Assembly: GCA_965637545.1 (NCBI GenBank)
Contig: OZ281501.1
Span: 11,966,001-12,030,000, forward strand
DNA from: Phallusia mammillata
Taxonomy: Eukaryota
Direction of reading: 5' to 3'
DNA length: 64,000 bases
Each line of letters begins with the position of its first letter. The first letter of the stretch is position 1. The translations under genes and the position numbers were made by a program. Positions 48,525 to 62,452 of the stretch are shown piece after piece. Below the pieces are notes generated by a model. The model searched no databases. It saw nothing but the letters and a program-made list of their open reading frames with translations, and was not told the DNA's origin.

Positions 48525-51500
48525 TTACTGGGAGTAAGCGATATCAGAGAAATACTGCAGCACGTTTTCAATGGTAAACTCCAAGCTGATATGGGATTCT
48601 GGGTAACACTTTGATATCAGATCTTCGAACCGTTTGTACTGTCGGATAAACTCTTCTTGCATGTGTTGCCACACAACCTTGGTAAAAAATGTAATATATT
48701 TCAAAACAGTGACAGAAATATAGAGTTCAGTGAATATGTTGTTTTTAAACGAATCGTTTACTGGAGTCCTGAAGCTTGGTGTTGCAAAAACGTCAAGCAC
48801 GAAAGAGGCTGAAATTGCGGAAGTTTTTAAGTATGGACAACATAATGTACGAAATGTGTCATTTGCGACAACAATTCTGTATTACTAAAATAGCTATGGC
48901 TTCCTTTACAGTTTAGATGAATCCTTAATAACAATGTTACAACTAAGACAAAAAAGGCTAAATCAGACAACCCAGATAAAAACTTTACAAATCGTAAGCA
49001 TTCATATTTTCGAAAAGCCATATCTTTTAACTAACCCGCTGTAAACGATTTTCATTCTCAGCTGTGTGTTTGACGATCTTGTGATGAAGTGATTCGAGTC
49101 CTTTCTTTACATCCTTTCCACTGTATTCCTTGATACATTTCCTTAACTCCTGTTTGCTGAACTTAAGCTGAAAACCAACTTCTTCCGGTCGAACCCCAGT
49201 TTCTATCACCTGTTCCACTCCCTCGAAGAAGTTCTATTCAGTTTGGAAATAAAATTAACAAAAACACTAGAAAGGCGACTTTCCGGGAAGGGGACCTATA
49301 ATTTGAAACACGCAAAAAGAAGGTAAAACACCGCCTTTAAATGAAACAAATCTGGTCAGATTACGCAAATTAAACTAGAAGGGTGGCTTAGCACATATTG
49401 CCCTTGCATATACACTATAACCTATTTTAAAACATTGATATATTTCCTATGCTTATTTTATATTGGGTCCCATACCATCTACTGTCTTTTATTACCTTAG
49501 TTGTTTCTGCAAGCAGAAACTCATGGGTCCCCACACATGCAAAGTTGTAGATAATGCATTTCAAGAGATAACCACGTTTAGTGTTGTAAGGTAAAACACA
49601 GTGATCGGCACTGGGCTTAAATAATAATACTATGTAGAGTACAAACTATATAAATTTAGATTCACCCGAGGTATTGTTTGAAGTATGTCCTATTTAACGT
49701 TCTTTTTCAAAGAAACGATGAGTAAGTAGTGGCATAATGAAAAATATATAACAAATTCGAAAAAATAGCAAATTCTACAAGCTGTCCGGTTTTCATTCAA
49801 TTCGAACATTGTGAAAAGGGTCACCCATTTTAGGAATTAGTTGGTTAAGTTGTGGTGCTACAGGGCAAAACATAACATTTGAGGACTTAGTATGTTTAAT
49901 AAACTTTGCAAAATTTCCTATAATTAGGACGTTTTTTAAAAGTTCATTTATTTTAGGGGGCTAGTTGAGTAAATGTTGGGGCTACAAGGTAAAACACATC
50001 AGTTGAAACCTACAAATAGCATAGTCCATATCCTACCCAAATTTTATCCAATCCCGACACTGTTTAAAAAACTGACCCATTTTAGGGGGCTAGTAGGGTA
50101 ACTAATGGGGTCCGACACACAAACTAAAAAAATAGGAAACCTCAATGACTCAATCAATAGTACTGCAAAATTTCAGCCAAATCCGCCAATGTCTAAAATG
50201 TCGACCACTAGAGGTGTTTTGAGCAACAACCGTTAATGTTTCTGAAGTCATAGGGCAACAACCCCCTAACTGCCATGGCACAAAAACGTTCACCAAGCAA
50301 TCCACAAAGTCACAAACGAGTAACATAGAACTGCTTGCCCTTGTAACACTATTGAGCAACAGAAATCTTCCGTTTGTGGTGTCCAGTAACATATAAATAC
50401 GTTTTATACTTTGGGGGCTTGTGGGGTAAGGGTTGAACACAACAATCGACAACTATAAATGACATACTCTACAAGCTATCCAAATTTCAGCCAATTCTGA
50501 CACTGTTTACAAACTCACCCCTTTTAGGGGGCTAGCGGGGTAAATACTAGGGATATTTGGACAAACAAAGTGGGATGCACATCTACATAACTTTATCTAC
50601 CATCTGTATAAGTTTCAGCCACATCCATCAAACATTTGATAGAAAAACGAGTCGGACAAACTTTGGGAAGAAAAATACCCATTTTAGGGGGCTAGCGGGG
50701 TAAATACTGGGGTTATCAACAAAAACAAAGTGGGATGCACATCTACATAACTATATCTACCATCTGTGTAAATTTCAGCCAAATCCATCAAACATTTGAT
50801 GGAAAAACTAGTCGGAAAACTTTGGGAAGAAAATAACCCATTTTAGGGGGCTAGCGGGGTAAATACTGGGGTTATCAACAAAAACAAAGTGGGATGCACA
50901 TCTACTTAACTATATCTACCATCTGTGTAAATTTCATCCAAATCCATCAAACATTTGATGGAAAAACGATTCGGACAATATTGGGAAGAAAATAACCCAT
51001 TTTAGGGGGCTAGCGGGATAAATACTGGGGTTATCAACAAAAACAAAGTGGGATGCACATCTACATAACTATATCTACCATCTGTGTAAATTTCAGCCAA
51101 ATCCATCAAACATTTGATGGAAAAACGAGTCGGACAAACTTTGGGAAGAAAAAAAACAAACAATTTGAGTAAAATCAATGTGTCCCCATAAGTAAAATCA
51201 ATATGTGTCCCCCAGGGAAGGGGACCCATAATAACTCCAACACTTGTTTTAAACAGTCTGAAATGGATTTTTTTGAAGAAATAAAGTTTTATTATAACTT
51301 TTTCATCTCAGTTTTATAAAATGTTGTTTTCACTTCCAAAACACTTACACATTACAGGCAAGCGTAAGAACCACATTTCCCGTAGTATTGATCAAATTAA
51401 GACAATTAAAAATTTTTCCACATTAAAACTAGATATAAGATTTCTTACACTGAGTTTTTCCAGTGGTCTTCCAAGCATGCTTGTGACGTAGCTGTCGAGA

Positions 51501-54500
51501 TAATTATTGTATCTCAACTTCACATCCCGTTTCTCCTGATCAAGTGAAGCGATTTTGAGACTGGACAGACAATTGAGCAGGTGGTGATAATTCTCGAACA
51601 TAACCACTTCCGGTGGCGTTTTGTGACTTTCACCAGCCACACGTTCAACTGTAAATAAGATAATAAGTTCAACACATAGGGCTGCCTTTGGTTGGCGCCA
51701 AATTATGTATTGGTTAGGGGGAAGTTATTTCGCTCGGTGGAAGAAAACATTGCAACACAATATCACTAAAACAATCAACAAGCCAGATATAGCAGCACAA
51801 CGTTGACAAAGTGGTAAACACAGTTGATGGATGAGGGTTAAATGCGTTTTGAGCCAACACTATACAAAAGCCTTTGACGCAGTTTTCACCATTTTTTTAC
51901 ATTTCCTTCTCTGCTTGCGTGATTGACAGATATAATCTTTAACAATTGAAAAAAATCGAAATCATTCATTGTCCGCAGAAGTTGTGACGATTTTATTCAA
52001 ACCACGGATTTTCCACTTCCATTTGTAGACATTAATCTCTCACTGACATAGATCATTTATTCACTCTTTTCATGCAAAGTATTTGCATTACGTTACTTTG
52101 TAGAGTTTCACAACTTACTAGCTTGAAAAACAGATTTGATAAGGCTCTTGTAAGCTTTGTCGATATCAGTTCTGCGTTCACTATCACGAAAAATACTTTC
52201 TGCCAGTTCAACAAAATCCTCAAAGTCCTGAACAAATGGCAGAATTCCACATTTCTTGTTTTTGCCCAAATGCGCATCTTCAACCGCATCCACCTTGTTT
52301 CGCTGATAAAACACAAACAAGTTCTCACCACCGATTTGTTTTTAAGTTATGGGGTGGAATACTTACAACAAAGTTATCAAAGTTTCGTTTCACTTCAATC
52401 AAACAGTTTCCTAACATCTTGGCTAGAAAAGAACCGTCGTTGTCCTGCGAACAACACATTTTAGGTGTTAGCAATTCACACACAGTCGACACATACTCAA
52501 GGAAATTCAGAGTCGTCGAAATGATTTGAAGTACGCAAGTTTGTAATACGACAAACACAAACTAAAAAGTTCCTGCAAAAGCCAAAATGTAAGCTGCCCG
52601 AATCGTTTTTGGGAAGCCCGTTTAGGCCCGAAAGTTTGATTGACAGGCGTATACATTAAAGCGGTGGTTCCCAACCTTTTTTGTTACATTCCTCCCTTTA
52701 TCCACTTTCCAACTATTCATTCCTCCCCATAAGACGAAAAACAAATATAACATAAAAAAATATTGCAATTTGAAATAGACCTTATAATTAGGGATGTCCA
52801 TTTCAGAATCCTTCACAACCGGTTTCAAATGTGAACCGGGTCCAAATTATAATGGACATAATAATGTACATACAAAAATATTATGTAACATTTCCAATGT
52901 AAATGTTTTTTTACAGTTTTTATGAAATTCCTCCCCTGAACTCATAAAATACCTCCCCGGTTGGGAACCACAGCATTGAAGCCTTAGAAAAGTCCAAGAC
53001 AACCAACACAATAGACAATTGGTCTTAAACAAAGCGTTTTAGGACTGTTTGACATTAGGTCAGGACCAGCAACTGGCTACTTAGCTCTCTAAATTTATTT
53101 AAAAAAATTCTGACACAAAGTGTAAAGTCAGGCCGGAATCGAGTCCGCTTTTTTTAAGCCAAGTTCGAACCCGGCCCGACTTACAACTCTGGTGCAAACT
53201 ATGTTTCGACCTGTAAGGTTTTTCAGCCTGTTACTCCCAACAAACTGGAATGCCGTTATATAGCTACACTCGCCAATAAGGCCGAACAGTGTGTACTGCT
53301 TACTTTCCTTTCCTGTTCAACTTGGGTGTACCAACAGTAACTGGACTACATAGGGTTTCAACAAAAAGTTGTGTAGGTATAATTTGTGTATCATAACGTA
53401 TGTACCACCACTTTAAAAGTTCAGGGGTGCATGAGAGAAACAATAGATGACCAGCTCTGGTTTATACTTTATGCTTCGAGTAGCACGGTACATTTGCAAA
53501 TCGGTTCAAAGACATGGTGGCTTAATTACCAGGTAAAACGCACACATAGTTATGAAAAAGAGAGTATTTTATAAGAAATAAACATGTTACCTGCTGTGCC
53601 TGTGTGACTCGCTGTCCGATTACCACCAGCATGTTGAGCGAGTTAAGCGGATCCAACTCTTCACCGAATGCGACGAGTTGCGATAACTCAGGCTCAACGA
53701 TGGAAAATATCTCGGTCATCATACGCCTGGTTGCCATAAAGCAAAAAATCAAGGCAAAGAAATGCGACAGTTGCATATCATGCACAGCTTAATTGCAAAC
53801 TAAATTTAGGTATGTTTTGTTTAATTTCACAATCGAAGTATTAGCGTTTGATTTTTTTCTGGTTGGCCAAGCACTACAAGAAGTCAAATTAATATGTGTT
53901 TAAAAAAAGTAATATTATTTATGAAACGTTGCAAGAGATTTTGGACTTGCTTTAAGTTTATAACATTGTAATTTTACGAAATTGTTGACTAAAACGCATT
54001 TGTATGATTAGTTCTGCGCAAACTGCAAAAAATAGTAATCTGTCAAAAATTAAATGCACACGCGATAAAAAGTCCTGTTGGAAGAAAAATTGAAATCCAG
54101 TTAAAGCCATGCAGCACTCGAAAATAGGAGAAATTAAATCAGATTCAACAGTAGGCAAATTAAAATGACAGGAATCAAAAATAGCCAAAAGAACAGGCTC
54201 GGAAGACTTTTTTCGTGCTTGATTGCATGGAAGGGTTCAATGTACTTACCATGCGCCTCGCTTTTGCCTTTAAATCATAAACAGATCAAAACAGGTTTGT
54301 CAAAAACTGAAACCAGGGCAAACACAAATAACAACGTTGTAGCAGTCGTCATATGAAACGTATGATCGACGCTCAACGGTTTTGAGGAACTCGTTTAAAG
54401 GCAATGGAAGATAAACTGAGGTAAGATATGAACTGAAACTGCACCCTGGTCACGAGCAGACTTGAATTACTCACGACTTTCGCCTGCGCGGTCCCGACTG

Positions 54501-57500
54501 TTTTACGGGTTGAAGAAAAGCGGTATTTACCACCGAGGCAAGAAATGAACGTCTACAGGGTAAAGATTTTGTCTCCCAACTCAATGAGTTTAGTATTGGA
54601 AGTTGGTGAAAAAATACGTTTTATAGCGAAACAAAGATACCAGTATAACGCCGGGATGTTGAAACTTCGGATTAAACAACTAAATTAGGATGCACAGTAA
54701 TTCAAATTCATCTATTTTTTTCAGTATCACATACTATATGTTATGCTATGTTTAAGGCTAGAAAAAACAATCGATCGGTACATATTTACTATAGACGGTA
54801 GATTTACTGAACTTTTTTAAGAAATCAACCATTTTACCAGTCCTAAACATAACTGGTTACAGTAATATTAGTTTTACTGTTTTCACAGCTGTACACTACA
54901 CAACAAACCTCTTACATAGCAAATTGCACTTTTTTTCAAACACAACACCAAACAAACATATGTTTCATCGACACCAACACAACAGACGTACCTGATATCC
55001 TTGGTCACTTGCGCTCTGTGAAAAGAATCGTATTAAATTTAACCTGTGTTTCACGAAATTTTGAATGTATAAAAGTATATTTTGCAAAATGTGTATTTTC
55101 TTACTCCTGATATTTTTTCCGACTCGCCACTCCCTGCTCTGTGTCGTCTTCCTCGTCATCAGAACCTCCCTGTGACAATGAGTGATAATATTAATCAAAA
55201 CTTAATTTTTAACTATGCAGATGCATCTGGTTAATAGCACAGCCAATTTGCCAAGCTATTTTATGTAATTACACAGACAGTTTTTTCAACAAATGGCTAC
55301 GTTTCGAATGTACGACCCTACGCAATTAAACGGATAATGCGATTAACCGGATTCGTTTGTACAACAAAAACGTGTGCAAAGAGTCAAATTTTGTTCTCTC
55401 CTATTTCATTTTGTTTGGAAACAAACATTTTTTCAAAACAAAATACTTTTCTGGTAAAGGTTTGCACCCCAAATTTTATTAGCACCAAACAAGCCTACTA
55501 CTTTCATAAAACAAAATACAAGCGTTTCGTTAGCTTTACAATCTTACCGGCATCATTGTGTCAGCGCTCTCCACATTAAGATGAAAGAACTTGGTAAGAA
55601 ATCGCTCCTCATCCTGACAAGTTGGTTCAAGCTCACTTAGCACTTCTCGAAAAGTCTGAAAACCACAATTCATTAACATGTGGACAATACAGTAAAAGAA
55701 TATTCCTCACTCACTGAGCTAAATTTTTCCCGATCTGACAATTCAAAGTCCGAAGCAGCAAGAGATTCCCGGCTAGCAGCAAGACCACGTTTCTTGTGAC
55801 CAATGCGAAGTTTTTTACTCTTGGCTGAAACAACATACCTTTTGAACTATGGACTAACAGACCAGTATGAAAGTAACATAGTTTGTTCTATTTCACAAAA
55901 TTTTGTTTACAACCGTCAAATTAAAAAAATTTATTTGGTTTATTCATATGTTTTACTGCAATAACTACTACAAGTTCTAGAGCAGCAGTTCCCAACCTGT
56001 GGGTTGCGACCCCATTTGGGGTCGCTTTGCCTGGGGTCGCCTAAGGCTCCCAACTCATTTTAGGCCATGGACTAATTTAACAATTAAAAAATGAAAGAAC
56101 AGTGCTCAACTTTCCTTCCCACTATTGTTTGTTAACTCGTATGTAAACTAGCAGCTACAGCAGGGTTTTTGAAGACTTAATTGTTTTCACAAAATTCTTA
56201 TTATTGCCCTGTATTACGTAATAATACTGCATTTACATAATCACCAAGTCAGCACCTGCCAACTTGTGTTGCATTCACGCAATAATATCACGATCCTCTA
56301 ATTATAACTTAATAGTCAACAAAACTAAAATTTAGTTTGTAAAATTTCAGTGTTAGGTAAAGAAAGTATAGTGGGAAATAAATTTTCGGATATTTATGAG
56401 TCAATGTCAATATATAGAACTGTTTTTAAAGGGTCAGGTTGGGAACCGCTGTTCTGGAGCTTTAGTGATGGTGAAACAAAATACAACTTACGTTTCACCA
56501 AACTTTGTGTTGATCCAAACAACTTCTTTTTTTCTTTTACAGCCAAATTTTGCTGTGAGCCGGACAAATTCTTGATACTTGAACTGAGTTCTGGTAAATA
56601 ACACAAAAACACTGTGATATATCAGTTACAAGCTATAAGACAAAACACAATACAAACACTATACAATGACATGCAGGTTGTCACACATGCTCGAACAACT
56701 CTAATTTCAAGTTTACTACATTTGGCATGTTTGAAAAGCCAACCCATGCACATGAAGTTGTATGTAAAAGATGCAAGAAGTATCTTTCTTAAAGAAAAAA
56801 TGGGTTCTTGTACTGTTGTGTTTGAGTTAGACTAGTAACCATATTCCGTAACAAGCAGAGATATGAAGTAGACAACAAAATACAGTGAAAAATATAAATT
56901 AAATCTGTTTTTGCTACATGTGCAGAATGAATTGTTTCAATACCAAAACACATGCACAACACCTCAAAAGTTCCTAAATTCTAAGTTTTTGCTAATTTGT
57001 GTATAATTACAATAATGAGCTCCACCAATCTAACATCAACACTGCAGAATTCACATCTTCAGTGAATTATAGACAATCGCGGAACCCACAAAGAGTAAGG
57101 TTTTAATGTAGCTAAGCATGGTTATTGACATCTCTACACCAAGCACCACTACAGTGATATACTTTTGCTTAATGTCAAACGACGGGATTGTGAATCGAAT
57201 GCCGCTGTATTGAGAGCGAGGGTGGACCGCGATGTAGCTCTCAAGGCTGCACTGCCTATGTCTTCATCAATGTTAGCTGGTTATTTTAAAACATTTGGTA
57301 ATGTTGCATTCCGTCAATTGCAAGTAATATAGATTAATACAAACATAATGCAATTATTAAGGTCAGTGTTAGGGGAATCTGGAAAGAAAGTTTGATCATA
57401 AATTAATCTTGCTAACATATACCAAAATATTGCTCAAACTTTTTGCATTCAGAAAAATAATAAAAATAGATTTTAAGAAATTTAGGCCTATAAAACACAA

Positions 57501-60500
57501 AAAAACAAAAAAGAATAAGAATAAAAAAATAAACCAATAATAGCAAATGCACCTTATTTAAACAATTTTCATTATCAATTCAATTCTCTATTTGCCACGT
57601 ACTTGAAAGGAAATAAATTGCAACAATAATTTGGAAAACTGATAATTTCATGACAGGGTCAGTGAACATCTCAATAAAAAGGGCAGTATCATAATATATT
57701 TCCACAATACCTTGTTGAATAAATCTCTGTTTTGCAGTTGTCAGAAAGTCCTTGATTTCTTGTGAATACAGTTTGTTGAGGTTTTGTGTGTAAACCTTAA
57801 AAAAGTAAAGTAATTAAATTTCACACTCCAAACTTATGCAAAATTGTTGCATTACCGTGCAAAGTTGTGTGTACTTTGTCTTGTCAGCCACTTTAAGCCA
57901 GAGAATCAGTTGTTTGTATGGTAGCAAATCTCTGTGGTATGGAAAGTGCTTAGGAAGTTTCAGTTCATTTGTTTGCTTTGTTAATGAACTTCCAGGATGT
58001 TCACTACCCTGCAAATTTATGAAAATAGGTTGTACAGTATGCAGTATAAATAGCAAGAAATAACACATGAATTTATATTCAGGAAACTTGGTTATCAAAC
58101 CTGCTTTGCAAAAACTGTAATAAGATGCTCGTATAGCCGTTTTGCGAACATCTGGCGAAGAGTATCAAAAAGTTTTTGTTGATCAGAGACAGCTTGTAAC
58201 TTGGAAAGCCCTACAAGCAATGTTGGAATTAGCATTTGTTTTGTAGATATGAAATAGTTCTTAGCAATGCTTTTGGCAACAAAACAGGGGCAAGGTTTCC
58301 TACCCTTTGGCAATTCCACTTCCATTGCTTGTTGCAACGCTTCAGCTGCACTTGTACAAGCTTCAATTCCACTGTCATGCTTTAGGTTTGCTTCACGCAA
58401 TGCCTTTACATGACCTTTTGAGAGATCTAGTTGCATCTTAAAAAGCAATGGAATATAGTTCCACTTTAAATTTAAAAGACAAATCTAAACTAGAAAGGTG
58501 GCTTTCTGATATATTTCCATAATATATATTTTATATCCTATTTACCAATTTACTATACACATCATTTGATCTGCACATACGTTTGCTTTTGCAAGCAAAA
58601 ACAAATTGGTCCCCACATGCGTGTTTGTGCGGACTTTCGGTAAACAAATGTTGCGGTTATGTTCTTCTTTTTGTTTCAGTCTGTGCTTTTTGCTATTTTT
58701 TGCCATTGCAAATAAACACAAGCAAACTTGTGTAGAAAATGTGTAAATCGCCAACACCGTATCACGTTGTAAGTTATAAACAGCAAATTCTTTTTTCGCG
58801 TCAGAATAAAAACATAGCGTGAAAAAAAGGTAGTCCGCAATTTTACGGTTTCATTTCTGCCAGCGCAATCACTATCTCCATTGTAAACATGGCATAAAAC
58901 AAAAACGAGGTTATCCACAATTCCACGGTTTTATTTCCTTCAGTGTGTTGCATTGTGTTAATGTATGTTTACAAACTGAAGCTATCACGATCAACAGATT
59001 GAACTAAAAAATGTATTTAACGTGCAAGATTAAACTAATTCTGACCAACAAAAAAGTGTACAATTGTCTACTGTAAAACAAGCTAGTTTATTACATGCTA
59101 GGGATGGAGCTGTAAATCAGTGAATCACTCCCCTGGGACCAGAGTGATATAGCGTTAAACTCCATCAGAAGATTTAGTAAACGTTTTAACACATATTTGG
59201 GGCTGTACGGATAACCACTTTATATATTTGGCTGAAATTTTGAATAACAAACAAGTAACCCACTGTTCAAAACTTCAGTACATTAGGACATGTATTTCTA
59301 ACCGAAAACTAAAACTGATTATTTTGAGGTTTAAGGGCTGTTCCAATAAAAAGTTAGAAAATTCTTTACATTGCACCAACCAACAAAGCATGTCTCCTAG
59401 ATTATGTACTTTAGTCAATAAAGCCGATTTAAAAAAATTACGTTTTGGGGGTCTGTGGGTGAACGGCTGGGTCATTTGGGGTCAAACTTCAGGAGTATCA
59501 CATCCGGATTAATAACTAACATCTATTTAAATTTGAAGCACTATTTCTTTACCACATGAGCGTTACAAACCAGCGTTAAAAAATTTACGTTTCGGGAGCC
59601 TGTGGGTGAACCGCTGGGTCATTCGGTGTCAAACTTCTGATCAAGTTTTAGGATCAAGTTCAGATTAATAACTAACATATGTCCAAATTTGAAGCACTCT
59701 TTCTTGACCAAACAAGCGTTAGACAGAAAAAAGAAAAAAAATATGGACAAAAACAATATCTGTCCCCTTTAGAGAAGGGGACCCATAATTACAGTAAAGT
59801 AGTGTGTTATTTATGTTCTGGTAGAAAATGCCAAATAAATTTCACATACCACAAGCTTGTCCAATTCCTCCAGCAATCTTGAATGATTTTTGTTTGTAAT
59901 TTGAATAAAGGATTCTTGGTTTTTCATTTGTCCCATTTGTGATGCAATGGCACCCACCATAAGGTCATAATCATCTAAGCGAGCTTCAATCTCTGATACT
60001 TCGTTTAAGGCATTGTCAAGCAATAACATGAGAGAATTTACCTTGAATACATAAACAGGTTGTGCACGGAGTAAAATGACTTGGTAATGCCAGATTGTAT
60101 GTAAGAGTGTTGTAATAAAAATTTTTGATGGGAACCTACTTGTACTTCTGATCCCATTATAGAGTGGATGTTCTGACCATCCAATACAGACAAATCTCTG
60201 GACAATGAATTAGAAAATGCCTCAGCATCACTTATTGCAAATTCACATTCAGTTATCATCCTCTCCAAGTCAGTCTCCTCTTGATCAGTTAGAGCCTGAA
60301 AACATCATAACTTACTTAATCAAGTATGAGACAAAATTGGAACAAGTCAAGTTCTGTTTAGTCTATTTTTTGAAATAATATTTCCCTTATTTCGTAAGTT
60401 ATCACTCGAGTTTAGGAACAATGGGTGCATGAAACATTACATATGTCTGCAAGTATGAGACTTTTTTTTACAAATTTGAGCAGACATTTTTTTTTTCTGT

Positions 60501-61483
60501 TACAATTACACTGATTCTACATGCTATGTTCATGTACCAGACTGCAATGTGATGTGATAAGTTTTGTCAGTTTGGTTGTCTAATAGCAATTACAGACTAT
60601 TTATGAAAACAGCAAAATTATTTTAACCTGGTAGTCCTCAAGAGCATCTTCATCAGGGCCAGGCAGATTGCTAGTTCCTCTGGAAGTTTCAGTACCAGAT
60701 ACTGATACTGAAAAAAAAACAGTCTTCAGCTTACCTTCCCTTAAAAACAAACAAAGAAAACTTTAGCTTACCTTCTAGTAGGCTTTGTGGAATGTTAGCA
60801 AAAGTTGGTTTCGATTGTCTTGGAAGATATCGATGACAAAGCTTAACAATAAGCATTGAAAATTAGTAAATACAATTGATCAAAATCGTACATACACATC
60901 AACTTTTTAATGAAAAATCAAGGTACACATACTTTCCACAAACATGCCAAGAAAGTATGTTTTTCTGCAACACTGCTAGCAGACCACTTGAAATTCTTGT
61001 CAAATTGTAAGTCAAAGTCTGTAGTTTGCTGAAAAAAAGCATAAAACATTTGTTAGACGTCAATAAATCCAGAACAACCCGCAAATTTATGTAGTCAAAA
61101 CATTTTGCAAAGCTGTATGAAAACTCAAAAAAGTCAGAAAATGGACACACCTTATCACTTTCCTTTCCATTAACAATTTTAAGTTCCTTCAACTGCCAGG
61201 TCTTTTGCTTTTTGTAAGTCTCACCCTTTTCTTGTCTCTTGATCCTAGAAATATAGACCTCCACTGGCCTCTCAGTTGTGACTGTGAAAAATGAAAATGT
61301 GTGAACAATTTTATCTTCATCAAAGCACACCTTTGTCACTATACACAGAAAAATACCTGATGCGCAAAGAAATGACGATTTTTTCTTCTTGCCTCCAGTT
61401 TTGCCCACATGGACTACACCAAGCAACCTTTCTTGATTAGGTGTGAACACATCTCGCTGCAGTGCATGTTTTATGGCTGCCAT
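48525..61483 (-). CDS. EXOC1: Exocyst complex component 1 (Sec3), ~20 exons
   Basis: N-terminus [26 protein letters not shown]...[18 protein letters not shown], internal [20 protein letters not shown] and VMFENYHH, and C-terminus [26 protein letters not shown]...[19 protein letters not shown] all match EXOC1. Confidence 0.96.
49266..49302 (+). mobile_element. 37-bp minimal derivative of the Helentron-like family (5' end fused directly to 3' end)
   Basis: aCTAGAAAGGCGACTTTCC-GGGAAGGGGACCTATAAT: the 5' hairpin matches the start of element C (CTAGAAAGGTGGCTTTCT) and the 3' part matches the ends of A and B (GGGAAGGGGACCCATAAT). Confidence 0.7.
49374..51232 (+). mobile_element. Helentron-like non-autonomous element, copy B, in an EXOC1 intron
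   Basis: Same 5' block (CTAGAAGGGTGGCTTAGCACATATTGCCCTTGCA...) and same 3' stem-loop plus CCATAAT as copy A; it has extra internal sequence and a short duplication just before the 3' stem-loop. Confidence 0.8.
50520..51150 (+). repeat. Minisatellite, ~4 units of 159-160 bp, inside element B
   Basis: Anchor CTAGC at 50532, 50692, 50851 and 51010; same unit as 9630-10400. Confidence 0.95.
52581..53191. mobile_element. Older hAT-type MITE (same end as 29266-29580) interrupted by a nested MITE
   Basis: Right end CTTACAACTCTG with CCGGCCCG repeats; degraded left end ...ATGTAAGCTGCCCG; flanks ctgcaaaa/gtgcaaac (6/8 match). Confidence 0.55.
52662..52973. mobile_element. hAT-type MITE (nested), in an EXOC1 intron
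   Basis: Ends CGGTGGTTCCCAACC / GGTTGGGAACCACAG; TSD cattaaag/cattgaag. Confidence 0.85.
55983..56451. mobile_element. hAT-type MITE in an EXOC1 intron
   Basis: TIR CAGCAGTTCCCAACCTG / CAGGTTGGGAACCGCTG; TSD ttctagag/ttctggag. Confidence 0.88.
58490..59789 (+). mobile_element. Helentron-like non-autonomous element C (related subfamily) in an EXOC1 intron
   Basis: 5' CTAGAAAGGTGGCTTTCT hairpin; 3' GTCCCCTTTAGAGAAGGGGACCCATAAT; two diverged ~145-bp units near 59430-59720. Confidence 0.7.
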
Positions 61484-62452
61484 CAAGACACAAGTTTGTT
61501 TGCATTTAAATTACGGCAATTTGGCAAACTAGGAGAATAATCAAAATATTAAGTTAAATTAATGAAAATGCACTAATATTATACAGTTCATGTTTTGTTT
61601 ATTATATAGTTATTTATCTAACCGAATTAAAACTAGACAAATATAAAGGAATAGGAACTTATACACTACACACATATTTATCTCACAAAAACAAAAAAAC
61701 AACATTATAACTCTGGAACAAAATGGTTAGCTAAGTTTAAAACTTCAAGATTTAGCATACCAAATAATATGTAAGGTATCATTAGTAAGGTATCATAATT
61801 TTTTTGTTTACAATCTAGTTTTGAATCCCGGTAAAGTCAAGTAAAGTCAACTTTACCTCAACTCACTTCTCACAGAAACTCGACACGCATTACTGCATAA
61901 CAAAACAAAAATTGTCACGCATCACTAAAAACCGCAATGCATGGACAAATCTGGGCCTTGGCAAACGCTCTTTAACAAAAAATTATGCTGGTAAATGTTG
62001 TCAAATAAATTTAAAGAAATTGTATGCTTTGGTTACAGAAAATGCGAAATCGGCGACATTTAACGTAAAAACAGCATGACTAGCCGAAAAAAATGTACAC
62101 CTAAATATCGCGCATCACTAGTTACGTTTAATGCGCGCTCTTGACTCTTGCTGCAGTGCAAAGCAGTGCCATGCCAGTGACCAAAACTGAGAAAATGTCG
62201 CGTTTGGAGATCACATAATGGGGCTTAATAACATTTGCACCTTTTAATCGGTACATTTCACTAAGGGCGCTGTAGGACTGAAATTGGCTCATTGCTACTT
62301 TGCCTTCAGGACTCAGGAGGTTTTGTTTTTAATAGATTTGTTTGTGTATAAATTAATATTTCTGTTTGTATTGGGTTTGTTCTGAAATCTATTTTATGTC
62401 TTTATGTAGCAAACTAACAAAACAGCACAAAGCAAGTAGTTTTTAATAAAAT

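Noticed and set aside
39657-61483. Four consecutive - strand genes (EXOC1, ferroportin A, RAD51C, basic orphan) as a trans-spliced operon
   Set aside because: Gaps between CDSs are 1.3-2.2 kb and contain MITEs, whereas Ciona-type operons have essentially no intergenic spacer. No SL evidence is available from DNA alone.
62140-62200. Possible iron-responsive element upstream of ferroportin B (three CAGTG motifs)
   Set aside because: None forms the canonical 5-bp stem + CAGUGN loop + C bulge; the best hairpin has loop TGCAGT. No canonical IRE was found upstream of paralogue A either. A covariance-model search (Rfam IRE) would be decisive.
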